Shown: one piece after another, positions 1 to 13,682 of the stretch
Numbering within the stretch: position 1 is the stretch's first letter
Layout: the number at the start of each line of letters is the position of its first letter
Source: Octopus vulgaris
Lineage: Eukaryota
Assembly: GCA_951406725.2 (NCBI GenBank)
Contig: OX597823.1
Span: 48,608,001 to 48,672,000 of the forward strand
Direction: 5' to 3'
Length of the DNA stretch: 64,000 bases
Made by a program: the position numbers and the translations under genes
The notes under the pieces: model-generated
Seen by the model: only the letters and a program-made list of their open reading frames with translations
The model's database searches: none
Told to the model about the DNA's origin: nothing

Positions 1-57
1 TGCATGCTTTTTTGTGTTTTTGCTCATGATTAGGTATATCTAAGGTGACTGTTGATC

Positions 58-241
58 CATATTCTGTTATGTCTGAGGAGAGTCATTTTCTTTTTGTGAC
101 TTATAATGTAACAAACTCACCGGTAAAATTTCCACTTATTTCTTATTTTTATTTTCCTAAATAAGTGGAAATTTTACCGGTGAGTGTGTTACATTATAAG
201 GCACAAAAAAAAATGACTCTCCCCAGACACAACAGAATATG
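58..241. repeat. Foldback (inverted repeat) element, ~84-bp arms with ~17-bp loop
   Basis: 58-141 is the near-perfect reverse complement of 159-241. The right flank (ttcaacacat...aagaatcttgcaaa) also occurs at ~21945, ~30125, ~33480 and ~48190. Confidence 0.85.
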
Positions 242-631
242 CTTCAACACATGAACTCATATAAAGAATCTTGCAAACCAAATCCCAAAACGAAATGTTG
301 TTCCATAGATTTCAACTTGTCAACTGACTGAAAATTCTGAATGTGGAAGGATTGCAAGTGAAAGCCGACAAATATTTTATGGAACCCTGTATGACATGAC
401 ACAACAAATGTATATCAATAAGGAAATACAAAAAAAGAGATTAATGTAAAATCCACAGCATGATAAAATAACTCATTTGATGTGGCCAGCCAATGCCAGC
501 TTGGAAAGAAAAGCAAAATGGTAAGTGGCATTTACAAAGGAAGTTTAAAATCCCTGTTGAAAATACATAATGAAACAAGGATCAAAAGTAAAATTTGTTC
601 TTTTCTCAAAGAAACAGCAAATACTTCTTAC

Positions 632-689
632 CATTATCATCCGGTTTTTTAGTAGAATTACCATCAGCAACAACAACAGTAGCAGCAGC

Positions 690-723
<34 letters not shown>

Positions 724-871
724 GTAGCTGCTACAACAACTTCTTCGGCATTCTCAATATCACTAATAGATGGCAAACGAGCAGCAGTTGGAGATTCATT
801 ACGGCTAGAAAGTGTTCCATCATCACTAACACAAATCCATGCTGAATTACGTGTACTTTCAGCATAGATGC
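632..871 (-). CDS. Next coding exon of the same gene (G-IYAESTRNSAWICVSDD...poly-Ala...KKPDDN)
   Basis: Acceptor TTCTATTTCTTAG at 872-873 and donor ATG|GTAAGA at 632/631. The exon is 240 nt, phase 1-1 and open throughout. It joins the upstream exon in frame as ...DDDDS-G-IYAES. Absent from the ORF track because it has no start codon. Confidence 0.8.
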
Positions 872-1064
872 CTAAGAAATAGAAGAAAATTGTCCTTTAC
901 AATATTTAATAGCATTTTATTGTCTGGGGAGTTAAAGAAAATTTAAATGATATTTCTCGTTTTCTCTCTCTCTCTCTTTCTTATGCACACATATACACAA
1001 CACTCTTTCAACTACTTGTATTCACACATAAACACAATTAAGAGAGATTATACATATTATCTTT

Positions 1065-1320
1065 GATCTTTTACTTGTTTCAGCCATTAGACTGTGGCCA
1101 TGTTGGGGCAATACTTTGAAGAATTGAATCAACCCCAGTACTTTTTTTTTAAGCCTGATTCCATCAATTTCTTTTGCTGAGCCATTAGGTTACAGGGATG
1201 TAAACACATCAACACTAGTTGGTAAGCGATGATGGGGAATAAACACAGACACAGAGACATATGCACATATATACATCCCATGCTAGCACGATATATAAAT
1301 ATATATATATATACACACAC

Positions 1321-1351
<31 letters not shown>

Positions 1352-1855
1352 TATATATACATACATGTATATACATACATATAGATATAAAAATATATAC
1401 ATACTTGTATATACATACATATAGATATAAATATATATATACGTACATGTATATACATACATATAGATATAAATATATATATACATACATGTATATACAT
1501 ACATATACAAGATATAAATATATATATACATATATAGATATAAATATATATATACATATATATAGATATAAATATATATATACATATATATAGATATAAA
1601 TATAAATATACATATTAATATATACATATAAATATATATATACATATATATATACATACATATATATACACATACACGCTTATTATATATATATACACAC
1701 ACATATGTATACAATGAGCTTCTTTCAGTTTCTGTCTACCAAATCTATCCACAAGGCTTTGTTTGGTCTGAGGCTATAGTAGAAGAAACTTGTCCTAGGT
1801 AACATATAGTGGACTGAACCCAGAACCATGTGGTTGGGAAGAAAAAACTTCTTAC
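1065..1855 (-). mobile_element. tRNA-derived SINE family B, degenerate, with expanded internal TA/CA microsatellite
   Basis: Both ends match the clean copy at 37048-37468 (gactgtggccatg..., gaacccagaaccatgtggttgg). Confidence 0.7.
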
Positions 1856-2052
1856 AAAATTTTGTGAATGCTCGTTTCTAACATCCTGGTGACTATTTCA
1901 CATATTACCCCCATAGAATCCTACCAAAATTTCACTAATATTAATAATAGAAAGAAAATAATTGTAACTTATTGTAATCACTCAGACAACTATCAACTAC
2001 AACATTAGACTAAGGGCCAATGAAAAATAACCAATATTGGTATAAATTTTAA

Positions 2053-2207
2053 TACCCTTCAGCATTTAGATTACTCTAGCAAATGTGATTGCTTACTTTT
2101 AGACTGGCATTTTAGGGTAGGTGTGAAAGGTCAGAACTGGCCGGTTTGAATATAAAACAAGTAAAATATTTGGGTCAAATATGGTAAGTTTAAATGCTAA
2201 ATGGTTA
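2053..2207. mobile_element. piggyBac-like MITE (ccctttagcatt...aatgctaaagggttaa family)
   Basis: Short TIRs with CCC/GGG termini next to TTAA-like sites. Related copies at ~7219-7380 plus ~8020-8072, ~15381-15582, ~16903-17118 and ~44000-44226. Confidence 0.55.
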
Positions 2208-3871
2208 AGCAATTTAAAAATTTAAAGGGTTAAATACTAAAGAGTTGAAAGAAATTTATAATAAAAAGTCAACAATTTAATGGTGACCTCAAATTTGAGA
2301 TGATAAGAATAATTGCTTTGACCTCAGCACGTGTCTAACATTTATTTTAAGGATGGAAAACAAATTTGATCTCAGAAAGTAAATATAAGTAGCTAAATAT
2401 CACAAGGCATTTTGTCCAGTACTACCAATTATGTCATGTTAATTTATAAAAATTGTTAATTTATGAAAATGCTTTTGTAGCCTAAAGATTATATATTTTA
2501 AATGTAAAATAAAGACTACATATTTTAACATAAAAACATACTTCTACACATTTTCATCTTTAACCCTCGTTATAAAAATCTTGCGTCAAATAAATTGGTT
2601 AACATACTAACTTCTTTAAAACTCATAATAGCACTACATAATTACTGCTTGTCTCAACTGAAATCTTTTTTAAAATCTAGCACAAAACAATATTTACAAT
2701 CATCTTTCTATTGTAACTCATTCCTTGTTAGTATGATCTCTTTAGTCATTTACTTTCAACAATTCAATACCACTCAGCTTATGACAACTTGGTCCACTCT
2801 AAGATAATGGATTGTTAGGCTTTAAGTTCAATTTTCAACCTTGCTCTCAAAAAGAACATCAACTTAGAAAAATTTATTAGTATCTTTTTGCAAAAGGAAG
2901 ATGACAATAAGTTTTTCAGATTGTTTAAAAAGAGGAAATAAAATTGACAGATTGAAGTTTGTGTACTTTATTCAGCTTTTCTTTTCCTTAGGAATAAATT
3001 GCATAGATTAATGCAATACAAATGCAGTATTACTTGTTCTAGAAGTAACACAATGACAAGGTTGACTGCTTCAAAGATTTGGCATTAGAAATTTCTGCTA
3101 GCTGATTCAAAAGAAAAATTACCAGCACTGTCATTAATGCCTTTAGGCTACATTAATAACAATGATTTCTTAATTAGAAATGAAGCCTGATAGGGAAATG
3201 AGTAGTCATGTCTATTCCAAGCAAGAATTAAAATCAGGTCAAGGACTTCATTGGAGGAAATAGTAAAAGGAAAATGTAATCTGAGTGAAAGTTTTAAGAA
3301 ATTAATGCAAGATATTTTGCCTTGTTTCAGTGCAGGATATAAACACCACAAAAGAAAGGAAATAAAATGCAAGCGCTGATATAGTACATTGCAAATCATT
3401 TTATCCCTCATTTATTTGTATCTTTTTAGAAAATAAGAATCTCACCAACAATAATAGACAGTCTGAGACTATGTCAGAACATACAAACAATGGAAATAAC
3501 TAGAAAGAAAAGTGGCAATTGAAATATGTGATCTGAAAAATAAAGCATTGAGAGAAAGTGCACTTTTATTCTCCCTGACTACAATAAATTAATCATGTTT
3601 TTAAATAGACACAGACATACAATAATAAAGTAACTTAAGATAAAAACAATATAAAAAATTAAAAGAAACAGGAACAAAGACATGAGTATGTGAAATGTAT
3701 ACAAATGTACACAATCACAACAGCAAATTTACTTCTGATGTAGTAAAAGAAATAAGTAAATAAGAAAAGTGTTATAAAAAATGGCAACACCAAAAGTAAT
3801 CCTCTTATACTGATACTGTGAATTAAACTATTCCGTATCCTACATTGTAACTCTAAATCAAACAATGAACA

Positions 3872-3914
<43 letters not shown>

Positions 3915-4816
3915 GCAAAGGATTTGATCATTGTTTCGTTGTAATATTACAAATGAATGCTTCAAAAAGGGCTTGGAATTAAATAACTCTTGGTAAAATA
4001 TAGATAAATTTGAAAAAAAAAAATAAAGAAGAAATTGAATACTATAGACCTTATCAGAAGGTCAAAACAAGAAGCAAACATGTAATATCTATGAAATAAA
4101 AATAATTCACTAAATAAAAGAATTGTGGTAACAAAGTAGAAAATCTCATAAGACATTCCATAGATTCAGCAAGGAACTGAGAGGAAGTCAAAACTCTTTT
4201 CAAAAACGATTTTTAGCTAATAAGAAAAACAAAACATGTAGTGCATAGATTTTGGAGATGATCCCAATTGCCACCAAGCTATTGTTCTACCATCTTTCAA
4301 AGCAAGAACAATTTTAATAAATCAAGAATTTACCTTGTATGACATTTAATATACTCTTATTCATCTTTGTTCAAATGCATGCCATTTACCAAGTCTATAA
4401 AGTTACACTATTCTTTTATGTATGCATCTAAATATCTTGTTCTACCAAAGACAAGGTAAGGTAACTGCTATTGTGATCACAGCTGTTGAGCTAGAAACAT
4501 GTATCCAAGCTGTCCACATGCCTTTAGACAATCAAATTGTCTTTTTCTAAGTTGCATGTCAGTTTTGGAGAAATTCTTGATTCTGGAGTTGGTCCCAGTT
4601 ACCACCAAAAGATTGCCCTACCATCTCTGGAAGCAAATCTAATTTCACAAAATCAAGAATTTAACTTATCAAGTGTGTGTATGTGTGTGTTGGGGAGGAT
4701 CTGTATGTATGATAAAGAGAGACAGAAAGAGAGAGACAGATAGACAGACAGGGAGAGAGAGAAAGAAACAGCTTGTTTTGTGCCTCTGAGCTCATCTAGC
4801 ACTTACCCTAAGAGCA

Positions 4817-5413
4817 TCATTCATCATTGTTCGACCGTGGTCGAGACAATGGAATTTACCATGTTGCGCCAGACTTCACGGTCCATCATAGCATTACGGA
4901 GGTCCTGTTGCTGGATGCCTGTATCCCTGGAGATTACATCAGGGTAGGAGAGTGTGCGCCCTCTGGTGTTGCGAGTAGATGGCTTCCAGAGGAGAAGAGT
5001 AGAAATTACTTCTTTTTCAGCTCTACAACAATGTCCAGCAAACTGGATTCTCCTACCCTTCACAAGAGATGACACAGGTGGTAATTTCCCATATATTTGC
5101 ATTTTAGTTGGATGGCGCCTCCACGAGAGATTTTGAGCTCTCATAAGGAGGCGAGTGTAGGTTCCATCCAACCGCCTCTCAAGCTTCTTTGATAACGTCC
5201 AGGTTTCTGAGCCATATAGTAGGATTGGTTCGACTGTGGCTTTGAATATTTCAAGTTTGAGGTCTCTACTTAGATTTGATGACCAGATCTTATGCATGTC
5301 ATTGCAGGCTGACCAGGCCATACCCTTTCTAGTTAGAAAGTCTTTTCCAGATGATGATATGTATGACCCAAGATATTTATAATCAGAAACCATATTGGGT
5401 CATACATATCATC
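4817..5413 (-). mobile_element. 5'-truncated RTE-clade LINE (RT C-terminus), young
   Basis: ORF 4824-5393 with YKYLGS, LLYGSETW and QFAGHC motifs. TGA/ATG-repeat tail. 12-bp target-site duplication ACCCTAAGAGCA at 4805-4816 and 5414-5425. Confidence 0.9.
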
Positions 5414-5619
5414 ACCCTAAGAGCACTGATCCCTGTCAAGAGGGTATCTCCTTGAGGTTGCTCACTCTGGTAGAAGTCCCAACGAAATCTCTCTAAATCC
5501 ACAGCCCACCATCTTAGAACACAGTTGCATTAAGTATTGAAGAGTTCCCAGACATAAGGAAGTGTTAGTATGATTATGGTTGGAGTCTTTGATTATAGGT
5601 CCACTTCACTAGAACGGGT

Positions 5620-5964
5620 AAAGGGTAAAGACCCCCTTCAGTCATTAATGTCCATGGGACTGTACCTAGAAAGTTCTCCTCCGAGGCATAAACCCAGGCA
5701 AGGATATTTATGGAAGACCAGCAGTCACCCATGCATACCAGCCTCCCCACTTCATGCCACCAATGTTATCCAAGGGAAAGGCAATGGCTAATACAGCTTG
5801 GCACCAGTGATGATGCAACTCATTTTCACAGCTTAGTGAACTGGAGCAACATGAAATTAAGTGTCTTGCTCAAGAACATAACACACAGCCCTGTCCAGGA
5901 ATCAAACTCACTGCCTCAGGATTGTGAGCCTGTCACTCTAACTGATGAATCATGCAACTTCACT
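5620..5964 (-). mobile_element. tRNA-derived SINE related to the copy at 48272
   Basis: Degenerate tRNA-like head followed by cttgagcaagacacttaatttcatgttgctccagttcact, shared with 48272-48592. Confidence 0.65.
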
Positions 5965-6099
5965 TGAGTGGAACTATCCTAGTGCTAAACAATAAGTGCT
6001 GAACTAATGATCTAAGTGTATGACTGTTCATTGTATTTGTAATTGCTGTGATTTTGGCTAGAGAAGATGATTAGTATTGGAATAGAAGTAAGTTTTTTT

Positions 6100-6303
6100 T
6101 GTTGTTGTTAAGCAACAAGACGGGTAAGGGTGATTAGGTGATGGTCTAGGGCTTAGGGGCCGGAGACCTCAGACATTGGAAAAAAAAAAAACTTTGGTCG
6201 TCATGTTGTAGTCGAGGGCTCTTCGTTGACGCCCAACACCACTGGGAGGTGGCCCTCAAAGTCACTGGAAATGGAGATCTCCAGGTCCAAATTCTTAAAT
6301 GGC
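6100..6303 (-). mobile_element. ~200-bp retroposed element with (CAA)n tail, copy 1
   Basis: Highly similar along its whole length to 27691-27896. Confidence 0.8.
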
Positions 6304-6739
6304 TTAAGTTGGTTTTGTGATATTTAACACTTTTGTTACTATATTTCTGTTAAACTAAACCATTTTTATTTCAATTAATTTTGGAAATAATAAAAATTTG
6401 CTAAAATATCTTGATCGTTACAAAAATGGTAGTTAGAACACAAATTAACATGAAATTTTAATGGGAAAATTTAATTTCGATCGCTTCGTATAGAATGTTT
6501 GCATCAAAGAAGCAAGGACAGTCTTGGGGAGATTGGTATCAAAAGGCTTTGCCTGAGCAAAATGGTAATGTCATGTTTACAATCCATATCAATGATACAT
6601 TCTGTAAATATGGTAAACTATTGAAGAGTAATAAAACAGAAAAACAAGTAAGGGCTCCACCACAGGTTCCAGTCATTGTTGCTAAGTAGTGGCTCATATA
6701 GCTCAATGATCCTGAGAAGTATATCAGCTTAGTGCAAGT

Positions 6740-7056
6740 TCTTGATAGGGTCTCACATATTGGACAGATCAAACATCAGAAGTAAGACTAATACGGAACT
6801 AAATACAGGTCTGCAGATGGCCAACATTACTACCTAGAAAAAAATGGTAAAGTTACAGAAGAATCAATGAGAACTGAAAACCAACAAGACCTGAGAAAAG
6901 AAAGCCTTTCCTCAAGGAAGGAGGGATCAAAAGGCAAAGCTACAAAAGCAGGGGTTGTACTTGAGAGAATCAGAAAAGACAGCTGAGAGTCAAGAACAGT
7001 GAAGAAAAGTCATTGATGGCTTATGCTCCATAGGAAGCAAAGGGCTTAAGTAAGTG
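6740..7056 (+). mobile_element. Decayed RTE LINE 3' end
   Basis: Ends in ...VIDGLCSIGSKGLK* with a taag tail, typical of RTE ORF termini. Upstream part is disrupted. Confidence 0.45.
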
Positions 7057-7549
7057 ACAGGTAAGGGTTGGCGATAAGAGGGGTATGGGACTGTAAAATA
7101 CTGTCTTAATAACTACCTGTCCAAACCATGGGAAAATGAACAGGCAAAAAATGAACAAGCAAAATAAATGCATGAATGAATAATATTAATATACCAGTAG
7201 TTATTAGCAATTAGTAGCTTAACATTTTAGCATTCAGATTATTCTATTAAAAGCTTATTCATTCACATTGTTTTGAATTATTCTTGCATTGTCTTATAGC
7301 ATCAAGACTTCGATGATGTGATTGTTTATTTTTACAATGAAATTGTAGGGTAGGTGTGAGAGGTCAAAATTTAGTTTAGTAAGATAACAGGGTAACGTCA
7401 TTTGTAGGATAGGGAGGAAGATGAAGGGAAATATAATAAATTGGAATAAAATAAAATAAAATAGAATATGATACAATAAGGGGGGAGGGTGGAAGAAAAC
7501 ACTATAAAAATAAAACAATATGAAATACAAAAGGTTTAATTTTCTGTAA

Positions 7550-7927
7550 TATTCTTTTACTTGTTTCAATCAGTTGACTGTGACCATATTGGAGCACTAC
7601 CTTAAAGGGTTTTTAGTTAAAGAAATCGACCCAAAGACTTATTCTTTGTTAGCTTAGTACCTATTCTAGCAGTCTCTTTTGCTGAACTGCTAAGTTACAG
7701 GTATTTAAACCCACCATCATCGGTTGTCAAGTGATGATGGGAGGGACAAACATAGACACAAAGATACACACACATGAATACATACATATATATATAAACG
7801 ACAAGCTTCTTTCATTTTCTGTCTACCAAGTCCACTCACAAGGCTTTGGTCAGCTCAAGGCTATAAAAGACACTTCAGTGGAACTGAACCCAGAACCATG
7901 TGGTTGGGAAGCAAATTTCTTACCACA
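7550..7927 (-). mobile_element. SINE family B copy
   Basis: Colinear similarity to 37048-37468. Confidence 0.75.
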
Positions 7928-8304
7928 TAAATTCTTTTTAAAAGATCACAGACATAAAAGCTTTAAAGGTTTATCGATATAAAAGTTTTTAAAGTTTTAA
8001 AGGTTTTAAATCTTTTTTTTTTAATGTAGAATATTTGGACTGATATAGCCTGTTTAAATGCTAAAGAGTAAGCATAACTCATCCTCCTTATTCCATTCTC
8101 ATAGCAGAGAGATAATGGTAAATTCCAAGCCAGTAACCGACTATATTTTAATGTCCAACACCAAATATAGCAATAAATCTCTATGCAGAAGAAAAACAGA
8201 GTTGGGAAAATAGATGAAGGTGAGAGAGGAAACAGGCCACAAGAGAGCAGATAAGGTTTGTTGGCAATAACAAATAAATACAGCTGGTAAATATGATCAT
8301 TCAA

Positions 8305-8364
<60 letters not shown>

Positions 8365-8377
8365 GATGATGATGATG

Positions 8378-8445
<68 letters not shown>
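8305..8445. repeat. (AAT)n/(GAT)n microsatellite
   Basis: Read directly from the sequence. Confidence 0.95.
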
Positions 8446-8446
<1 letters not shown>

Positions 8447-9387
8447 GCAATATCAATAATTATGAGCAATTATTAGATGAACATATCTTAGCAAAGCCTC
8501 TCATTCCATTGCCACAATAGGGTGATAATGAGAATCCTGATATGTTCCAGGTACCATTTAAAGACATCCTAGCATCTTACACCAAACAGTGGTAAATCAT
8601 TCTAGCTAGCTAGATATATACACACATGTATATATGTGTGTGTGTGTGTGTTTGTGTGTGTGTGTATGTATGTGTGTGTGTATGTATGCATATATGTAAG
8701 GACAGAGAATGTGTGTGTATGTATGTGCATGTGTTAATAGAGAGAAGGGAAGGGAGAGAGGGAATGGGCCATGAGGGAGAATAGGATTTTTGGCACAAAC
8801 AAATATAAAGGATGCAATTTTTAAAATACGATAACTGATATTAGCAACAACATCTGTAATTATGAGCAATTATTGGTTTAATTTCCCTCGTTCCATCCTT
8901 ATAGTGGAAAGATAATGGGAAATTCTGATATGTTCAACTGGCCTCATTCAATATATGTGTTCTGAGCCAGCATTGACCACATGCGAAATGTGTATATGTA
9001 TATATAGACATGTAAACCATATTTTATCTGTACAAGTAGATTATATTGTTGCAATGTATTTAAATATTTAAATGTACAACTGAACACATATTCTAAATGG
9101 CTCCGTTTAAAAATATCAAATACAATGCTGACATTAACATTCATAATATTTATATAATTCTTTTATTGCTTTTTCTTTGGTTCCAGTCATTTTACTGTGG
9201 CCATGCTGGAGCACAGCCTTTTATATAATCATAAATAATTTAGACAAAATATATAATACGATTAGTGTGTTTAAATGTTGAGCAGAGCACCAGTACAGTT
9301 TAGGGTACCTGTTGTCATCTGCAGTTGTGGTACACTTCCATTGGACATAGTTCAGAAACTCTGCAGTGGCAGTTAGGGTAATGTACC

Positions 9388-9610
9388 TATTTCTTTATTA
9401 CCCACAAGGGGCTAAACACAGAGGGGACAAACAAGGACAGACATAGGTATTAAGTCGATTACATCGACCCCAGTGCGTAACTGGTACTTAATTTATCGAC
9501 CCCGAAAGGATGAAAGGCAAAGTCGACCTCGGCGGAATTCGAACTCAGAACGTAACAACAGACGAAATACCGCTAAGCATTTCGCCCGGCGTGCTAACGT
9601 TTCTGCCAGC
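9388..9610 (-). mobile_element. tRNA-derived SINE family A, young copy
   Basis: B-box-like gagttcgaattcc and core gtcgactttgcctttcatcctttcggggtcgataaattaagtaccag with CpGs retained. Near-identical to 48941-49172. Confidence 0.85.
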
Positions 9611-9689
9611 ACAAGAGACCCAGACTCATCGGTTGAAACATATATTGTACCTAATAAAAGCCTAATACAAAAACCATCTCCTACTATTA

Positions 9690-9732
<43 letters not shown>

Positions 9733-12700
9733 ATATATTATATATAATATATATTATATGTGTGTGCATATATATATATATACATATATATGATAAATAT
9801 GATATATAATATATTGTTGGTTGGCCTACAGCTAGTGTAGAAAACACTTACCCAAGGTACCATGTAGTAACAATGAAGTGAGTTCCATTACTCAGATAAG
9901 ATGGGTCAAGATTCCTAAGCAACATAATGGGAGCACCCAGTTTTAGTGTCAATTTATGCAGTGGCATCCCAGTGGGGTTAAGTGTGTTCAGAAAATTCAA
10001 CAGGGTATTTAACAACCTGATCTTGATTGACTATTGTCAATTGATCAAAAAGTCATTTCTGATGTAACTGTTAACTTTTGAAGAAGTTAATGATTGAGTT
10101 TATCAACCATTTCATTAGTTGTCGGAGCTAGTATAGCTCTTTTATATAGCCAGTTTAAATCAGTGTAATTGACAGGTAAATTAGGAAATACTTTATCCAT
10201 AAGACCCCTAAGAGAAAGTATCATTTGACTGCATATAACTTCATGTAGCTGGAGTCTTGAGTTGAATGTTAATACACCATTATCAATCTTAAGAATCTCA
10301 TATGATCACCTTGTAGCAAAAATTGCTACCAATGTAACAAAGTACAGAAAGTCAACATGTATTTGGAACATGTAGTAAATGTTATAAAATTCAGGATTGA
10401 ATGTCACAGTGAAGAAAGTCAAGCTCCAAGAAAATTCAGAAGGATGATACAATTTTTCATACAAGAATAATTTATTATTTTACAATTTTTAAACAAATCC
10501 TGAACAAAGTGTGTACAAAGGAATTTGTTGCTGTTGCAAATGTTAATTTAAATCATTTGCTATGTAGCAAGACATAAATTAATTTGACATCACTTACTAT
10601 ATATTTTAACTGTGTAAGGTTATAGGCTGTAGAATAAGTTTTGACTAGCACAGTAAAAAGGCTGCGTAGCATTGAATACTAACACTGTTAAAGCATCATA
10701 GCAAGAATATAAGGATGCTAGGACTGTTAAAAAAGCGTTACCTTCAAACTGTTTCTAAGGAGTGGAATAACATTTCTGTAATTATATTGAAAGAGCCACT
10801 AAGGCTTTCTACTTTGCCAAGTTTCCAAATTTGTTATAATAACCAGAATAAAATTTTTTTCAGATATATTTGCGAGTCTTGTCACAAAAAATCTTGAGAA
10901 ATTAGGCTTCTCAAAACCAGAAAGGAGAAAGCTAAATCGAAGGCTACAGATTCAATCCATCACTGGATCTGTAAAAATCTGTAAAACTTTCAAGAAGTTT
11001 ATCATTCAAATGTATATGAGAATGTCTAGATATGTAACTCTATGCATGAAAATACATACACAAAACAAAACATACAAATCTGCTCATTCATTCATACATA
11101 CATACATATACACACACACACACACACATTCACACACACACACACATTCACACACACACACACACATACATACAAACAAAAATACCCTGTTGATGTTGAA
11201 ATCCCAATAAAGGAACCTTGGGTCTAGGTTAGAAACTGGTTCTTTCTTTATTGGCAAGAAATCTTGAAATAAACTGAATAATGACATACATGCATGCATA
11301 CATACATACGTACATACAAGCATGCATACATACATAAATAAATAAATACAGACATAGAGACATAGATAGACAGACAGACAGCTAGATAAATACAGCTACC
11401 CATACATACATATAAATATATGAACACATGCACACATTAATGATAACTCATAATTTTATGGCTAAAATTTCTCGGCGTTTTAAAAATTTAAACAATGTAA
11501 AGCAATCTAAATTAAAAACAAAAAACTAATGGACTATAAAAAGTAGAGAGAAAGTGTTTTTTTTGTGGTGATGATGGGCTAGGTGGGGAATGATGATTTA
11601 AAGATTGTGAAGCAGGCATAATAGGATTTATTTTATCTAATTACATATCTGACTACACTTCTTATATTAATTTCTCTCGTGAACTTCACCCAACAAATGT
11701 TTACAGCAGGCAGTTGAGAGAATATTCTTAATTCAAAGCAAGAATTTATTCATATACAGAAAAAATAAGAGAAGAAAAATTAACAGCAACACAACAATTC
11801 ATCCAAGTAAAACTTAAGTAAAATACGAATAAAAATGGATGTATAATCCGTATGGATCCACTGGTGAGTAAACTAAAATGGACCAGTCAAAAGCAATCAC
11901 TTCATGACTGAATGATACAGGAAAAAATTTTTAAGAAGTTGGTGGGTGGGGAGAGGGAATGAAAGAACGAATTATTGAAAAGTATAGTGATCTTTAAAAA
12001 TGAGAAAATTGGTTATCTGCTAATAAAATCATAAAAATTCAAACAATTTTTGATGGAAAATTCTATTTTATAACTAAATGCGAGAATGATTACTGAAAAC
12101 ACCAAGCATCAAGCTATTAAACAGAAATGAAATTTTTAAAGACACATTTATATGTGGATATGATTATGCACATGTATGTTTTCATGTGTGTAAACCTATA
12201 TATACATACACATACAATTAAATTATTGGCTATATTACATACGTTGGTGAATAGTAGAGGTTTATAAGTTATATTACATGGTTATTAGTGAAATTTATTC
12301 AAGTGAAAAGGGTCATACCAATGTAAAAATATAGTAAATGGAAGCTGAGTCTCGATTAAAGATAGAGGGTAATATCACAAAACATTTTAGTAGTTAGGAG
12401 CAGGAACCAATTTTAATTAAAAGCATTTTTTCTTATCTGTCTTTGAATTAAGTTACTAATGTAATATTACACAAAACCAAAAGTATTAGTAAAATATAGA
12501 ATGCGAAGAAATTAGGGCTGGAAATAAGGTGCATCTCAAAAAATTAGCATATTATGCAAAAATTACTTATTTATTGCCATTCATGTCAGAATGTCAAAAA
12601 TTCATTTGTATTCACTAATTGTAAACTGATTTACTATTAACTATTATTTAGTTGATATAAGATAAGCTAACATTTATGGCATCCATACAGGGATCATTAA

Positions 12701-12734
12701 AAATCCAATATCTCAAATTATTAGAAACTGTAGT

Positions 12735-12982
12735 CATGGCCAGTGCCAGTGACAAGTAAAAGGCACCCATGCTGGTGACACATAAAAGGTACCAGTGCCA
12801 GTGACACATAAAAGACACCTAGTACACTCTGTGGAGTGGTTGGCATTAGGAAGGGCATCCAGTCATAAAAACCAAGCCAAAACAGACTGGAGCCTGGTGC
12901 AACTATCTGGCTTACCAGCCTCAATCAAACTGTTTTACACATGCCAGTATGGAAAATGGACACTAAATGATGATAGTGATGA
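12735..12982 (+). mobile_element. SINE / RTE-type 3'-tail element, family F (...ggcattaggaagggcatccag...aaatgatgat)
   Basis: Similar to 23025-23340, 28470-28610, 43505-43789 and 58770-58832. (GAT)n tail. Confidence 0.7.
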
Positions 12983-13327
12983 ATATCTGAACATCCAAAG
13001 TATAACATAACAATAATCAAAATTAGTCAAAGACTAAAATGTAGATACAGAATGTCAGTTAGTATTTGGTTGGAATTCCTTTATCTCTGGTGATTGCCTG
13101 AATATATGTTATGTTAAAAAGGGAATCAATCTGTAACAAGACCTCGACTGTTATTGAAGCCCAAATGTGTGATGGCCAAGATAACAGCAGGGATGCAAGT
13201 TGGCTGCCTTTTTAACTGTATTTCACTGATGCTGTATGGAATTCAGCCCAAGTGATTTACTTGGTCAAGGAAGCACATTGATGTAATGGTTACCAAATCA
13301 ATCAGTAGCTGGGTTTGGAACAATGTA

Positions 13328-13682
13328 CAGCATGGATTCTCAAATCATTTTTTATTTATGGATCCCTTTGGTTACTATTTATTCTAGTGGACCCCCATAA
13401 TCATTCCATGTTTAAAAACTAGTTTTATAGAAACTTCTTCCAAAATTTCTATTATGTTTTTCACACATTCACTTGTGTAGGTTGAACTATATAAAATGCT
13501 AGAGAAAAAAAAAACTTAGCTGTTTCTTACAAGACATACCAATACATGCATCTAAAGCAAAATTTTTTCAGGACTCCTTAAAATTCTATTGTGGATCTCC
13601 AATTTACTATTTTGTTGTGTGGACCCCAAAAAATCGTATATGGACCCTCAGGGGTCGTATGGATCCCAGTTGAGAACCACTG
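13328..13682. mobile_element. hAT-like MITE (CAGTGGTTCTCAAC TIR) inserted in the Tc1 relic
   Basis: Right TIR gttgagaaccactg with a degenerate left TIR. Subterminal tatggacccc repeats. Interrupts the Tc1 transposase frame. Confidence 0.7.

Noticed and set aside
570-867. Plus-strand poly-Ser and poly-Ala ORFs
   Set aside because: They are antisense shadows of the minus-strand exon 632-871, which has proper splice sites.
1129-1714. Many YI/CV/HT-repeat ORFs here and at ~23.8k, 25.3-26.2k, 30.1k, 34.8k, 48.6k, 57.3k, 58.3k and 61.5-62.2k
   Set aside because: They are translations of dinucleotide and tetranucleotide microsatellites that lack stop codons.
7963-8520. Poly-Ile and poly-Asn ORFs
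   Set aside because: (AAT)n microsatellite artefacts.
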